64,000 nt of DNA from an uncultured virus (IMG/VR IMGVR_UViG_3300010158_000055) (taxonomy: Duplodnaviria; Heunggongvirae; Uroviricota; Caudoviricetes): the IMG/VR virus record IMGVR_UViG_3300010158_000055. The stretch is one strand, 5' to 3'. Both the position numbers and the translations under genes were made by a program. This document shows positions 20,146 through 31,543 of this stretch, one piece after another. The notes below the pieces were generated by a model. The model was not told the DNA's origin, made no database searches, and saw nothing but the letters and a program-made list of their open reading frames with translations. The stretch's first letter is position 1; each line of letters opens with the position of its first letter.

Positions 20146-21363
20146 TTAGAACGTGGACAGTGTGACTTTTTTCCAATTTCCTGATGCAATACAAATATAC
20201 ATACTGGTTCCATCAAAACTAAATTGTCCAGCTACTCCGCCCACAGTGGTAGAACTTGAGGGAACAAATGTATTACTGGTAATCAAGTTACCATATAGTT
20301 TGGTACTTTGGTCGTTTTCTATGCCCACTGCTTGGCGTACAAAACTTACAGCATCTGTGCCACCGTCTCTTGCAGTGAGAAAAGCAATATTGCCGCCCAA
20401 ACCATAAGTTACATTGGAACCAGTTGCGTAAAATGCTATAGAACTCACTTGCTGGAATACGTTGCCAGATCCGTTACCAGTAAATGTCACAGCATTGTGG
20501 AAACCTAAATAGTCATTGCTGTTGGCCGGAAGGATGCTGGGAGTTTGTAAATTCCCTCTACTACTTGTAACAGTATAACCAGACAAGTAACCTGTGTCAA
20601 TTTTGGAATTGGTTAAATTGGCCAAAGTCAAGTTGCCCACAGCACTGGTGTTAATAGTTCCTGCGGCAGTAATAATACTTTGTCCAGAATCGTATGCAAT
20701 GGCAGTGGTGATAGCTGGGCCATATCCTACAAATACAGTGTTGGCCACTGTGTCGTTAAAGTATAAATTTTTGTCACGGATCGAAGCATAGTTGCGATTG
20801 CGTTCTGCAATCATTACAGTGACGCCAGCATCTGTGGTAATAAATTCTAACAGATAATTGCCCGCAGTGTCAAAAGTAATGACGCCGGTGTTGGCATCAG
20901 CACCAGCAATGTCAGTTAAGTTAGTATAGGTTGTGCCCACAGTTACAGTGTGTGCAACATTGGTTATGTTTAACCAAACCACCATACTGCCCAATGTACC
21001 TGTTGCAGGCCAATTACTAAAGCCCAGTGTCAATGACCCTCCACTGACAATCTTTTGAAAGTTTCCGGTACTAAAGTCCAGTGTAACTGCTCCACTTAAT
21101 GTACCGCGATTGTTAAATGTGTAGCTGGCACCTGTCAGTGCCAAGCCAGCAATGGCCGCACCGCCCATGCTGTTGTTTAAAGCCTGTCCAGTCAATGCCG
21201 ATTTTAGTAAAACTTTAGATTGCAAGTCACTGATTTCTGTGTATGCTGTGCTAAAATTAGTACTAGTATTGGTAAAATTGTCTCTGAAACCTTGACTGTC
21301 GTTGTCTTGTCCGGCCACAGGGTATGTGCCGTCAATGTTAAAAGGATTAATGTTTGATGCCAT
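20146..21363 (-). CDS. Virion structural / tail-associated protein
   Basis: YPVAGQDNDSQGFRDNF N-terminus, G/T/S/N-rich, late promoter motif upstream. Confidence 0.7.
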   Translation of the reverse strand: MASNINPFNIDGTYPVAGQDNDSQGFRDNFTNTSTNFSTAYTEISDLQSKVLLKSALTGQALNNSMGGAAIAGLALTGASYTFNNRGTLSGAVTLDFSTGNFQKIVSGGSLTLGFSNWPATGTLGSMVVWLNITNVAHTVTVGTTYTNLTDIAGADANTGVITFDTAGNYLLEFITTDAGVTVMIAERNRNYASIRDKNLYFNDTVANTVFVGYGPAITTAIAYDSGQSIITAAGTINTSAVGNLTLANLTNSKIDTGYLSGYTVTSSRGNLQTPSILPANSNDYLGFHNAVTFTGNGSGNVFQQVSSIAFYATGSNVTYGLGGNIAFLTARDGGTDAVSFVRQAVGIENDQSTKLYGNLITSNTFVPSSSTTVGGVAGQFSFDGTSMYICIASGNWKKVTLSTF

Positions 21364-21420
21364 TGTGTGAATGCTCCAGTATTAGTTTTATTTAGCTTGT
21401 TTTACAAGGGTGTTGCATAT

Positions 21421-24216
21421 TTATTGCAATATTGTGGTTTTGGGAAATTTTAAATAACTGTCGCCGGTTTCGGGGTCGGCATAACTGTCGCGTCGAGCAA
21501 TAAATTTAGTATAACTCTTGTCAAACACAGTGGGCGATGCAATTCCATTATTAACAGCACTGTAAGATGGAACTCCAGTGCCTGGCTTTAAAGTGGGATC
21601 ATACAACACAATACTGCTGGCATGAGTTGACCCTAAATTTACCTGTATTTTTTGTCCCAATTCAACAGTGTTTACAAAAGTTAAAGTTATGATATCAGTG
21701 GCAGAATCGATGTTGATTCGCCAAATGCCAGCTCGTTGATTTGGTACACTGGAATTATAAGTATGTTCCAGATAGCCGGTTACCAATGATCCGTTGGCAT
21801 ACAACCATCCATCGTTGGCTGTTGCTGGGACAAAATTTTCTTGTTGGAAGAAAATCATACTTTGTCCATCTAAGATTCTTACGACTCCATCAAGGCCGCC
21901 CAAGGCCTGTACTGACGCTAGGGTACTGTTGTTTATTTTATTAAACGGTATTCCCGACACAGCGTAGTCCACTGTGCCAGCTGTTGTGCCCACTCTTCGT
22001 ATGGTATCAAATGTAGTATTCTTTATACTGAATGTTATTCCGTAATAAACATCATTGGCAATGTCAAAGTTTTTACTTAACAAGTTATCCAGGTCATATC
22101 TATCAGCTACAAAATTAATACTGTTAAATGTTATGCCATTGGCCCGTAGTCTATAAGCAATTAAATCACTGGCTCCGGGCACAGTGTAGGCCAGCACTAT
22201 GGCATTGGTAAATCCCAATACCTTCTGGTCGGCCTGCGGACTGGTCATCCACGCAGGCAAAGCTCCTTGATGTGAATACCCTAGGTTGCTGGATACAGCT
22301 GATTGCATGTTTTTAAAGCTGTTGGGATACACGTTGCCAGAAAAATTAGTGTAGTTTAAATAGGCAACATCGGCGGGACTGGCACCATTGTAAGTATTGA
22401 GATCTATCAATGGTACATAAACCACTTCGTACTTGACATTGAAATTTGCATCTACAGCTCTAGCAGTACGCACATCTCCAAACTCAATACGTTTGTTAAA
22501 GTGATTGGTTCCCATGGCTGTTATGTATTCTGACAGAGTACTGGGAGATATGCCGGCCAATGCCAACGATCTGATATCACTGGCACGACCAAACCATGGA
22601 TCCTGCGATCTATAAATTAAATTATCCGGGAATATGTTTTTATTATTAACCACACTCAAGAATGTATTGCGTTGATCCAAGGTAGGCAATGCTTTTAAAT
22701 ATAAATTTTCGTAAGGTTTTTTATTGTAGTTGTTTAATCTAACTGTAAATGTTTGAGTACTGCTAACAGTGCCATCTGTGGCGGAGGCCAGCACTGTGAA
22801 TGTACAGGTGTTGTCAAATGTTGTAGTGACACCGTCAACCGTGGTAGCACCGGCATCTAACGAAAAATATTCAAAAGTGGTTCTACCTGATATCAATCCT
22901 GTTGATAATAATTTTAAACCCTGAGGTAAACGACTGATAGCTGTGTCATCTGTTACTCCATAATTTCTAATAGTTCTTAAACTATACGGAGCCAAGCTGT
23001 ATACTAATTTTTTGCCCAAGGAACTAACAGCCGAAACTGCCAGTTCACTAACAGCACCATTGTCAATGACGCCAAGATCCTGGGCTGTGGTCCAAGTTAT
23101 ATTATTTGTTACATCACCCAACACAGTTAAACTATATGATATCAAGGCACTGGCATAAGAGGAATTAGAGGCCTTGTAAGCAGACACACTAAATTGATAC
23201 GTTAAGGAATTTTCAGTCTGTACAGGTATAGAACCCGACAACCAACCAGTTAAACTATCCATGATTAATCCTGGTGGCAGACTTAAAGATTGTTGATCAA
23301 ATCCCGTAGAATCAAATGCCGCCACTGTGGGCACATCTTGATCAAAACTGCTGGTGCCTTGTGTGGTTAATAAAAATAAAATATCATCGCCATTGGCATC
23401 AAATGCCGAAAACTGGAATGCAAATTTACTATTAGATCTAGTGCTGGGTAAAGCTCCAGGAGTAGTAAGCACAACCGGATTATAAATGTTATCGTGATCA
23501 ATGGTGAGATATCCGTCACTGACAAAATCTAAATCATCATCGGCTGTCCAACTGCCTTTGGCAGTGACTCGAAACAAGTAGGAAAAACTGTCATAGTTGG
23601 ATCCATCAAATACTGTAACTGTGAATTCATAATTTTGATTGCTGTATACGGGTGCATTGTTATACCCAAATTCATTATACGGTGCATTGCTGTAGCCCAA
23701 CAATCCAGCGTCACCTGACACAGGAATAGGATATATGTAACCTGATATTAATCCCGAACTGGACAAGCTCAACCCAACGGGTAATGCACCATTGGTCAAG
23801 GTCCACGTCAGCGGAGCAGAGGGATTAACTCTAGTGGCATTTAATTGTATTCCTGACACCAAGGTACCATCAAAATAATCACCAAGATAAGTGGTTCTTG
23901 GAATAATCTGTGGCGGCACAACATTGCTGACCGTCATGTTAAAGGTTCTGTCAGCAACTCGATTTTGTGTGTTTTTAGCACGTACAGTGAATTCATAACT
24001 GCGATTCTGTGGCCCGGTGGCATTGACTATCACCGGCACACCTTGCAGTAGTCCCCCACTGGTAACTCGCATTCCAGGTGGAGTTTGCCCAGATATTAAA
24101 GTGTAAGCAATGGCAGACCCGCCTGGATCAGTGGCACTGAGCACAAATTCAGTGAAGTTGTTTTCAGGAACTATTCCTAAACTTCCTGCTGAGGTATTCC
24201 AAACGGGATATGCCAT
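21421..24216 (-). CDS. Large Ig-like-repeat structural protein (baseplate/tail)
   Basis: Repeated LPxGLxL..SGxISG and Y.FTV.A units. Confidence 0.75.
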   Translation of the reverse strand: MAYPVWNTSAGSLGIVPENNFTEFVLSATDPGGSAIAYTLISGQTPPGMRVTSGGLLQGVPVIVNATGPQNRSYEFTVRAKNTQNRVADRTFNMTVSNVVPPQIIPRTTYLGDYFDGTLVSGIQLNATRVNPSAPLTWTLTNGALPVGLSLSSSGLISGYIYPIPVSGDAGLLGYSNAPYNEFGYNNAPVYSNQNYEFTVTVFDGSNYDSFSYLFRVTAKGSWTADDDLDFVSDGYLTIDHDNIYNPVVLTTPGALPSTRSNSKFAFQFSAFDANGDDILFLLTTQGTSSFDQDVPTVAAFDSTGFDQQSLSLPPGLIMDSLTGWLSGSIPVQTENSLTYQFSVSAYKASNSSYASALISYSLTVLGDVTNNITWTTAQDLGVIDNGAVSELAVSAVSSLGKKLVYSLAPYSLRTIRNYGVTDDTAISRLPQGLKLLSTGLISGRTTFEYFSLDAGATTVDGVTTTFDNTCTFTVLASATDGTVSSTQTFTVRLNNYNKKPYENLYLKALPTLDQRNTFLSVVNNKNIFPDNLIYRSQDPWFGRASDIRSLALAGISPSTLSEYITAMGTNHFNKRIEFGDVRTARAVDANFNVKYEVVYVPLIDLNTYNGASPADVAYLNYTNFSGNVYPNSFKNMQSAVSSNLGYSHQGALPAWMTSPQADQKVLGFTNAIVLAYTVPGASDLIAYRLRANGITFNSINFVADRYDLDNLLSKNFDIANDVYYGITFSIKNTTFDTIRRVGTTAGTVDYAVSGIPFNKINNSTLASVQALGGLDGVVRILDGQSMIFFQQENFVPATANDGWLYANGSLVTGYLEHTYNSSVPNQRAGIWRINIDSATDIITLTFVNTVELGQKIQVNLGSTHASSIVLYDPTLKPGTGVPSYSAVNNGIASPTVFDKSYTKFIARRDSYADPETGDSYLKFPKTTILQ

Positions 24217-24224
24217 TGTGGGCC

Positions 24225-25625
24225 TTAAAGTATCACAGCTTCGACCAACTTAACACCCGAGTCGGCATTGGTTTCCAATGCCACAGCAAACACTGTGTTT
24301 GAGTGTGCAACATCAACCACAGCACACCCATTGCTGGATGCAATTAATCGTTGTCCTTTGCGAACAGCACCGGTGACCGATACCGGAACACGACCTTTCA
24401 GTGCTATGTAAGTACCGCCCGCCAGCTCGGAATTCATCATGTAGGCTGGATTGGCAGAAACAACACCAATGGCCAAGTCTCCCGAGCTACATGCAGTCAC
24501 TTCTGCGTCGCCACCTACAGCAACTACAGTGCCCACAGGATACTCTTGATCTGCTAGATATTTTTCTGCCAAGTCAGCATATTGTGCCTGTACCGCTTTA
24601 CCGTATATTGTTGCCCACCAAGCAGTGGTACTTCCTAAATTAATTGACGCATTGGCACTGGGTAATATTGTGCCCGACACAGTTAATCCGGTCAGTGTGC
24701 CGACTGAAGTTATGTTTGTTTGTGCGGCGGTACTTATGTTACCAGTTAACGTTGCACCTGAGTTACCAATGGTAGCGGCGTTTACTGTTGCGGCTATGAC
24801 AGTACCAGATGCTGTGAATGATGATCCAGTTACCGTAGCACCTGCATTACCAATTGTGGCAGCATTTACAGTTGCGGCAATAACAGTACCCGATGTTGTT
24901 AACCCTGTCAATGTACCAACCGAAGTTAAACTTGATGCAACTACATTAGAAGCCAGGGTCGTGCCAGTCAATGTACCAGCTGGTGCTACCACAGCGGCAG
25001 TGCCGCTGTAAACAACACGACCATATACATCAGTGGTAATTACAGGAATAGCAGTACTGGAGCCCACTGATGCGGATCCAGGACCTGTGGGAGTTAAACT
25101 TAAGCTAGTGCCAGTCACAGTGATGTTGCCGGCGCCAGAGCTGTAATAAGCAGTGGCGTAGGCAACACCGTTGCCGGACCAATATAGTCCAGTTGTGATT
25201 ACTACTGAATTTGAATAGGCTGAGCCATTGGCATAAATGTTTCCACCCACGCCCATGCCACCTGTGATGACCACTGCACCTGTGGTAGTAGATGTACTGG
25301 AAGTTGCTGCTTGGAAATTGGCTTGACTGGGAACATTACCACCAGTAAAACTTGCCGCCGCTGTGGCCACTGGGCTACCGTCAACATACAAGCCACCACC
25401 GGCAGTGGTGTAAGCATCCAGTCGCCCAATCACTCGATTTGTCACTGCAATATTAGCAAACACTCCGTACGCAGTGTTGGCATAGGTAGCATTAATATTG
25501 TCAACCACAGTGGCCAAGTTGCTGGTGTTGTTGTTGACTTTATTAAATGCTGCGTAAATACTATCGCCGGTACCGCTGTTGGGGTTTCCTAAGCTGGTGT
25601 TGATTGTGGTAATTGCTACGCCCAT
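24225..25625 (-). CDS. Tail fibre-like protein with C-terminal autoproteolytic chaperone-like domain
   Basis: ITSVGTL repeats; AQYADLAEKY...IGVVS..PAY..N...ALKGRVPV C-terminus. Confidence 0.75.
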   Translation of the reverse strand: MGVAITTINTSLGNPNSGTGDSIYAAFNKVNNNTSNLATVVDNINATYANTAYGVFANIAVTNRVIGRLDAYTTAGGGLYVDGSPVATAAASFTGGNVPSQANFQAATSSTSTTTGAVVITGGMGVGGNIYANGSAYSNSVVITTGLYWSGNGVAYATAYYSSGAGNITVTGTSLSLTPTGPGSASVGSSTAIPVITTDVYGRVVYSGTAAVVAPAGTLTGTTLASNVVASSLTSVGTLTGLTTSGTVIAATVNAATIGNAGATVTGSSFTASGTVIAATVNAATIGNSGATLTGNISTAAQTNITSVGTLTGLTVSGTILPSANASINLGSTTAWWATIYGKAVQAQYADLAEKYLADQEYPVGTVVAVGGDAEVTACSSGDLAIGVVSANPAYMMNSELAGGTYIALKGRVPVSVTGAVRKGQRLIASSNGCAVVDVAHSNTVFAVALETNADSGVKLVEAVIL

Positions 25626-25693
25626 AGTGTCTTTTCCAAATATTATTAGTATTTAGCCTGATAGATTAGTTAGAGCTCGCAGTGATTCGTGTA

Positions 25694-26440
25694 TTAATAG
25701 CCAAATCTTGTTTTGTAAGTGGCATGTTCTGCCTGTATCTGTGCCAAGGTCAATTCTCCGTTCCACACTTTGACAAATCCCACATCCGCATCCACTTGTT
25801 CTGTGCTGGTAGTGGCATTTAAATATCTTCCAAACAATCTCAATCCGTTGAATCCGTTGTTGGTAGTGCCAGTACCGTATGTGGCGCTGGGGGCTGTGTT
25901 GGTTGCTATGTAACTTTTTGCTTTGCTTGCACCAGCAGATCCACTATTAGTGAACCATATAAAATGCCAAGCAGTGTCTGCTGTGGTAGTGGTGCCGACA
26001 AAAGCATCACCATAGGCAACGTTCATTGATCCGCCATTGCCACTCCACAGGCCCATTAAAAAATCAGGTGTTGCTGAGTTAGCATTAAGTAACCTATTGA
26101 TGGTACTTCCATTCCACTTGTAGGCCATACCCACAGTAAATGCTTGTGTGCCACTGCTGTAGTCGGGACCAAAAGTCAAGAAGTCAGCGGTGCTGGCAGT
26201 GGTGACTCTAAACACACCACCATTGGCACTGTTCCACGAAATTCTAGGTGTGGGATTCACCACATTGATGGTGTAGGCACCTGTGCCTGCTATGGTACTG
26301 CCATTGACAGGAACAGCACTATAGTTGGCTGCATCCAAATTAAGTACTAGGTTAGGTGCCGCTGATGTTGCTACTACCGCAGGAGTTTTGTAAATACGCC
26401 CGAGTGGAGATTGATACGCAGTAAATCTCGCTAGTTTCAT
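25694..26440 (-). CDS. LamG/ConA-like lectin domain virion protein
   Basis: LVLNLDAAN start and VKVWNGELT..I...H...KTRFG end; start MKLARF coupled to upstream stop. Confidence 0.7.
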   Translation of the reverse strand: MKLARFTAYQSPLGRIYKTPAVVATSAAPNLVLNLDAANYSAVPVNGSTIAGTGAYTINVVNPTPRISWNSANGGVFRVTTASTADFLTFGPDYSSGTQAFTVGMAYKWNGSTINRLLNANSATPDFLMGLWSGNGGSMNVAYGDAFVGTTTTADTAWHFIWFTNSGSAGASKAKSYIATNTAPSATYGTGTTNNGFNGLRLFGRYLNATTSTEQVDADVGFVKVWNGELTLAQIQAEHATYKTRFGY

Positions 26441-29400
26441 TATGCGTAGTTGCTCTGCTGTCCCAATATACGGTAGGAGCCGTTGTTTAGATTGATTAAA
26501 CTGATGCTGATGACATCGGTGTTGCTGGCAGTGCCAGTGGGCACTGTGGCCCCGGCCCATCGTATGTTGCTGACTGTGCCGCCGGCAAACTGTATGTTGG
26601 CAATACGGTAGGGAGTAGCACCTTGGTCAACTATCACAGTAAAGCCGGCAGTGGTAAAGGCCGTATTGCTGATGTTAACAATATTTGCTGTGACATTGGC
26701 AGTGAGTGTGGCATAGTACACTCCACCGTTGATGAAGTTAAGTGTTAGGTTACCACCTGTGTTGCTTACGTTGCTGTAAGTTTCGTAGTAAGAACCTTGT
26801 TGGAATGTGTTGCCCACCAATGTAGTAGTACCGGTATGGTATGTGTTTGCATTTACATTTAAATTACCACCAACTGCCAAGTTACCAGCAACACCGGCAC
26901 CACCTGCCACATACAATGCACCTGCAGTTCCTATAGTAGTTCCAGTTCCCACGGTTGTGTTACTCAACACCAAGCTACCCAGCTGAGCATTGCCAAATGT
27001 ACCTGTGACATTGCTATTTGTTTCTGTGGCACTTATCAAATATTGCAGTGTTCTTGTAGAGTTTTCCAATCCCAAGAATGCCAAACTGTCTACACCATTG
27101 TAGTAGTGCATACGTAGGCCCACGTCCTTACCATCATCCACTGCCCAAGCGGCCAAGTTACCATAGGTGTGTAAATCTAATATGCTATCGTAAATTGTAA
27201 CCTGTCCTGCATCAACAGCAAGGTTGCCAGTTAAAGAAGTAACACCGTTGACAGTGACATTACCTGTGTATGTTGCTGTGGTGCCAATTGCGTTACCGTA
27301 GTGTGCGCCGATTAAGTTACCGGCTGTGATGTTGGCTGTGGTTGATATAGTTGCTGTTGTCAAATAGGCACTGACATTGGTATTGCTATACGTTCCACTG
27401 CCAGCAGCAATGGTGGTTAAAATATTAACACCATTGGCAAACAAGTAATTTGGAGCAATAACATTGCCGCCAATGGTGATGTTGCCAGCCACACCAGCTC
27501 CGCCTTTGACAACCAATGCACCAGAGTTAACGTTGGCACTAGTTGTAGTAGCTGGAATTACAATATTTCCTTCACTACCAATTCTTAAAGATTCAACAGC
27601 AACATTTGAACTATTTCTTATAGTAGTAACTGTGGCGTAAACTCCGGTTGAACTGTTGGTAAAATTCTCATCTGCGTATACATTTAATCCAGCACCGGAG
27701 TTGGCATTATATCCCGATAATCCATATCCTTTGACAACAAAAAATCCCAATCTATCTCCCAACTGAACAGCCGATGGGACAGCGGTGGTTCCTCTGGCAT
27801 GTCTAAGACTGATACCAGATGCTGTGGCTGTACCAAAACTATCTATACCTAGAACAGCATTTACAGCAGTGGCACCATTTATATGTAGAATAGCATTATT
27901 GTTAGATATAGGAGCATCAGTGGTTGCGTTGAGAGTAAGTATACTGTCAGCTGAAGCCAATGCATTGCCTAAACCCAATAATAAGTTGCCACGAATAGTG
28001 TGTAATGAATAATTATATGATCCAACATTGATATTGCCCAGCACACCCATGCCACCATTCACCACCAATGCGCCGGTGGTGTTGTTGACCGGAGCAGTTC
28101 CTGGATTGTAAATGCTTACTGCAACGTTGGCAGTATTGGCCCCACCAGCGATAAATTTGATATTGGTTCCCGGGGTAGCAGTACCAATGACTAAATTACC
28201 TCCAGGCGATCCACCGGTGATGTTGCCCTGTGCATAAAGATAAGCATCATTGATGTTGAGCACTGTGCCCAAGCTGTTGTTGGGATTCAATCCGTTGTAA
28301 TTGCTACCAGCAATGCCTAAATCAACAAAGTATGTGGTATCTGAGCCATTGTTGGCAGTGGCTATGTAATCAGTAGTGCTTTGATTTCCCAAACTGATAT
28401 TTTGTATGTTTAGTTGAGAATAACTGTTGGAGTTGGTGGTAAATTGAGCTAGGTAGTAGGGAACTACAGAGTATCCAGACTGTAATCCAGCTGTGATGGG
28501 CTTAAAACCGGTCACCGGATCGCCCGACGGTGTGATGTGATTGGCTGAAATATTACCTGTGTACACAGGCAAATAACTTGCCACTGTTGCGTTACTGTAT
28601 CCGCTTACACTGTAAGTTGCATTGGCGTAGGTATAAAAACTTCCAACATTGGCATCTAGGGTTTGAATACGTGTGTTGGCCGCAGTGACTTGTGAAGTTA
28701 AGGTGCCGGTTGCACTTTGCCAGTTTTGTGTATCAGCAGCGTTTACTTGATCCACATAATTTTTTAATGCTGTGTTGGCAGTGACTATTGCGGCATTGGC
28801 ACCTTGTATCTGACTCAGTTGGGAAACAGCATTGGCATCAACATAGCTCTTCATTGCTGTGTTGGCTGTTACAATAGCGGCGTTAGCACCACTGATGCTC
28901 AAGTTGGCAGCAACAATGTTTGAACTCATTGCAACATTCAGTGTGTTGACATAACTAACCACAGCCGAGTTAGCAGACACAATAGCGGCGTTGGCACCAG
29001 CAATGGCGTCACTTTGAACCCCGGCATTGGCAAACAAGGTGGCAAGGTTACCGGCTTGAACAGCGGCATTGGCTGTCCATGCAGAAACAATGGCACTATC
29101 TCGTGCATCAACGTAAACTGTCATTGAAGAATTAGAACTATACACCTGCGAGTCAGTATAGGCTCTCAGTGTGACGTTGGCAGTGGAGATCTGTGTGTCT
29201 GTGTAGGATTTAAGTGCGGCATTGGCTGACACAATAGCACTATTGGCACCAGAGACATTGCTGGCCATAGCAGAATTTAGTGTGTTGACATAGGCAACTA
29301 CAGAGGAATTGGCAGTGACTATGGCACTGTTGGCAGCGGTAATTTGTGCCAACTGTGCAACTGCGTTGGCTGTCCACGCGGCAGTAACTGATGAAATTTG

Positions 29401-30015
29401 ATCATTCACATAAGACGTTGTAGCAGTGTTGGCATTGATGATGGCGCCATTGGCCCCTGTAATGCTGGCCTGTAATGCATTTATGTTTGATTGTTGACTG
29501 ATGGCATTGCTGAATAGCGTGGCTGTGTTATTTTGCAAAGTATTGACATAAGTTTGCAAAGTGCTGATATTGGTAGTGGCCACACCTAAATTGGCATCCA
29601 ATCTGGATATTTGTGCATTGGCCGCTGTGACATTGGCATTGACCGGTGCCAATGTTGTGCTGTTGATGTTGGCAGTGACTTGAGCAACAATAATATTGGA
29701 AATATTAGTGGCCAAATTGGCAGATACTTGATTGTAAACTGTGGTAGTGATGTTGGCCACGGCAGCGTTGGTATAGGTGTTGGCACCAATCAATCCACTG
29801 ATCACATAACCATAAGGTACAGCACCCGACACATCGCTGATGGTGAGTGATATGTTACCGGTTCTGTTTGCAACTGTTTGAACCGGAGTAGTTACCGGAG
29901 CACTGCCATTGGCAATGTTGGCAAAATTTAAGTTTATCTTTGTAAATGCGGTGCGTAGTGGATCACCTGTACCGTCGTCGGCTGTAGATCCGATATTAAC
30001 ATTAGCAAAAGCCAT
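26440..30015 (-). CDS. Long tail fibre protein
   Basis: DDGTGDPLRTAFTKIN N-terminus, ANAAIVTAN coiled-coil repeats, GALVVxGGxG repeats. Confidence 0.8.
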   Translation of the reverse strand: MAFANVNIGSTADDGTGDPLRTAFTKINLNFANIANGSAPVTTPVQTVANRTGNISLTISDVSGAVPYGYVISGLIGANTYTNAAVANITTTVYNQVSANLATNISNIIVAQVTANINSTTLAPVNANVTAANAQISRLDANLGVATTNISTLQTYVNTLQNNTATLFSNAISQQSNINALQASITGANGAIINANTATTSYVNDQISSVTAAWTANAVAQLAQITAANSAIVTANSSVVAYVNTLNSAMASNVSGANSAIVSANAALKSYTDTQISTANVTLRAYTDSQVYSSNSSMTVYVDARDSAIVSAWTANAAVQAGNLATLFANAGVQSDAIAGANAAIVSANSAVVSYVNTLNVAMSSNIVAANLSISGANAAIVTANTAMKSYVDANAVSQLSQIQGANAAIVTANTALKNYVDQVNAADTQNWQSATGTLTSQVTAANTRIQTLDANVGSFYTYANATYSVSGYSNATVASYLPVYTGNISANHITPSGDPVTGFKPITAGLQSGYSVVPYYLAQFTTNSNSYSQLNIQNISLGNQSTTDYIATANNGSDTTYFVDLGIAGSNYNGLNPNNSLGTVLNINDAYLYAQGNITGGSPGGNLVIGTATPGTNIKFIAGGANTANVAVSIYNPGTAPVNNTTGALVVNGGMGVLGNINVGSYNYSLHTIRGNLLLGLGNALASADSILTLNATTDAPISNNNAILHINGATAVNAVLGIDSFGTATASGISLRHARGTTAVPSAVQLGDRLGFFVVKGYGLSGYNANSGAGLNVYADENFTNSSTGVYATVTTIRNSSNVAVESLRIGSEGNIVIPATTTSANVNSGALVVKGGAGVAGNITIGGNVIAPNYLFANGVNILTTIAAGSGTYSNTNVSAYLTTATISTTANITAGNLIGAHYGNAIGTTATYTGNVTVNGVTSLTGNLAVDAGQVTIYDSILDLHTYGNLAAWAVDDGKDVGLRMHYYNGVDSLAFLGLENSTRTLQYLISATETNSNVTGTFGNAQLGSLVLSNTTVGTGTTIGTAGALYVAGGAGVAGNLAVGGNLNVNANTYHTGTTTLVGNTFQQGSYYETYSNVSNTGGNLTLNFINGGVYYATLTANVTANIVNISNTAFTTAGFTVIVDQGATPYRIANIQFAGGTVSNIRWAGATVPTGTASNTDVISISLINLNNGSYRILGQQSNYA

Positions 30016-30072
30016 AGAAATCTGTCCTCGTATGCTGTATTTAGCATATTCAACTAGATCTGTTTACAGGAG

Positions 30073-30399
30073 TTAAAAGGGATTGAAGCTGGAACCGCAA
30101 CCACAAGTGGTTTGTGCTTGGGGATTGTCAATGCTGAATGTGGCGCCCATGATGTCATCTCGAAAGTCTATTCTGGCACCTTGTAAATACTGCCCGCTCA
30201 TGCTGTCTACCAACACAGTGACGCCATTTACATCCAAGCTCCAGTCATCTTCGCCTACTGCTTCATCCAGGGTGAACCCATAACTCATGCCTGAACAGCC
30301 ACCACCTTGTACAAACACACGCAGTTTTAATCCAGGAGTATTTTCTTCGGCCAGTATTTCGCGAATTCTTACTTCGGCTGCTGGGGTAATGGTTATCAT
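30073..30399 (-). CDS. A-type Fe-S carrier (ErpA/IscA/HesB)
   Basis: GGGCSG and CGCGSSF motifs. Confidence 0.92.
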   Translation of the reverse strand: MITITPAAEVRIREILAEENTPGLKLRVFVQGGGCSGMSYGFTLDEAVGEDDWSLDVNGVTVLVDSMSGQYLQGARIDFRDDIMGATFSIDNPQAQTTCGCGSSFNPF

Positions 30400-31514
30400 G
30401 TTAAAGATCTTTCTAATTCTGTTAGTATACCAAATTGTTGTTGAATTACATCAGATGATAATTTTCTATGTTTGACGATTTGCTTCATTTTAGTAACAAA
30501 TTCATTTCGTAACAATGTATTATATTGAGTACTTATTATAGTTTGACCCAACTCAGCTACGAATTTTTTTTGAGTGTTAGTAATGACATATTGATTTATC
30601 TGTTGTGTTAGTAGTTCAACTATACTGTGTTTTTCTTGTTCATTCAATATAAACCAAGATAACCAACTTGGCCCCACTAGGTTAGTTATTCTAGTTTTTA
30701 TTTTATATCGATTTAGATATTCCAGTGTGGGTACAAGATTTTGTATATTTAAAGTTTGAACAACGTAATTAAAATTAGTACGTGATGGTCGTAATTCTTT
30801 TAATAATACTTTTACATTTGATTCAAATGTGTGCCATTTTGCAGGATACCGCATAAACTCGTAACTTGAGCCTATGCCGTCCGCACTGATTTGTAATTCT
30901 AGTTTGGATATTTTTTTTAATTTTTCAATATGCGAGGACAAAATAACAGTGCTGTTGGTGACTACTCGAAATGGAATATTTTTTTCAATAACAAAATCCA
31001 TAATTTTTAAATTTCCTTTTGTTAGAAAAAATTCGCCTCCTATTACACTGATTGATTCTATATTATCTGCTGATTTGAGTATATCAATACAATCTTCGGC
31101 AATATTAAATTCTTTGATGCTATCAAACCCAATTTTTTCAATGGCATATCTTTCTTGTGCCAATGCTGTACTGGAATTTGGGCCGCACATAAAACATTTT
31201 AAATTGCAAACATTTGAAGGAAAAAGTTCAAATCGTGTTCCGTAATCTTTAGTTGTATCAGGCCACATTATATTAGCATAATTGCGTAAACTAGTTTGAT
31301 TTTGTTCTTCCTGTTGTTTGCAACTGATGCATCCTGCAGGCCATTCTGTTGCTTTCTTTAAATTTTGTAATTCTAGGCTAGAATGATATTCTTCCAAGGT
31401 TGGGTATATATTGTTTGTTTTGTAAACACAGCAGGGAAGAATTTTGATACCAGACAAAACATTACCTTCCACTCGGACAGTGTGATGAATAGACGAGCAA
31501 TAAAAATTAGTCAT
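30396..31514 (-). CDS. Radical SAM protein with N-terminal SPASM/twitch-like Cys cluster
   Basis: [22 protein letters not shown]-terminal PCC...CISC. Confidence 0.85.
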   Translation of the reverse strand: MTNFYCSSIHHTVRVEGNVLSGIKILPCCVYKTNNIYPTLEEYHSSLELQNLKKATEWPAGCISCKQQEEQNQTSLRNYANIMWPDTTKDYGTRFELFPSNVCNLKCFMCGPNSSTALAQERYAIEKIGFDSIKEFNIAEDCIDILKSADNIESISVIGGEFFLTKGNLKIMDFVIEKNIPFRVVTNSTVILSSHIEKLKKISKLELQISADGIGSSYEFMRYPAKWHTFESNVKVLLKELRPSRTNFNYVVQTLNIQNLVPTLEYLNRYKIKTRITNLVGPSWLSWFILNEQEKHSIVELLTQQINQYVITNTQKKFVAELGQTIISTQYNTLLRNEFVTKMKQIVKHRKLSSDVIQQQFGILTELERSLT

Positions 31515-31543
31515 ATTATGATTGTTTTTTTACAGTGACTATG

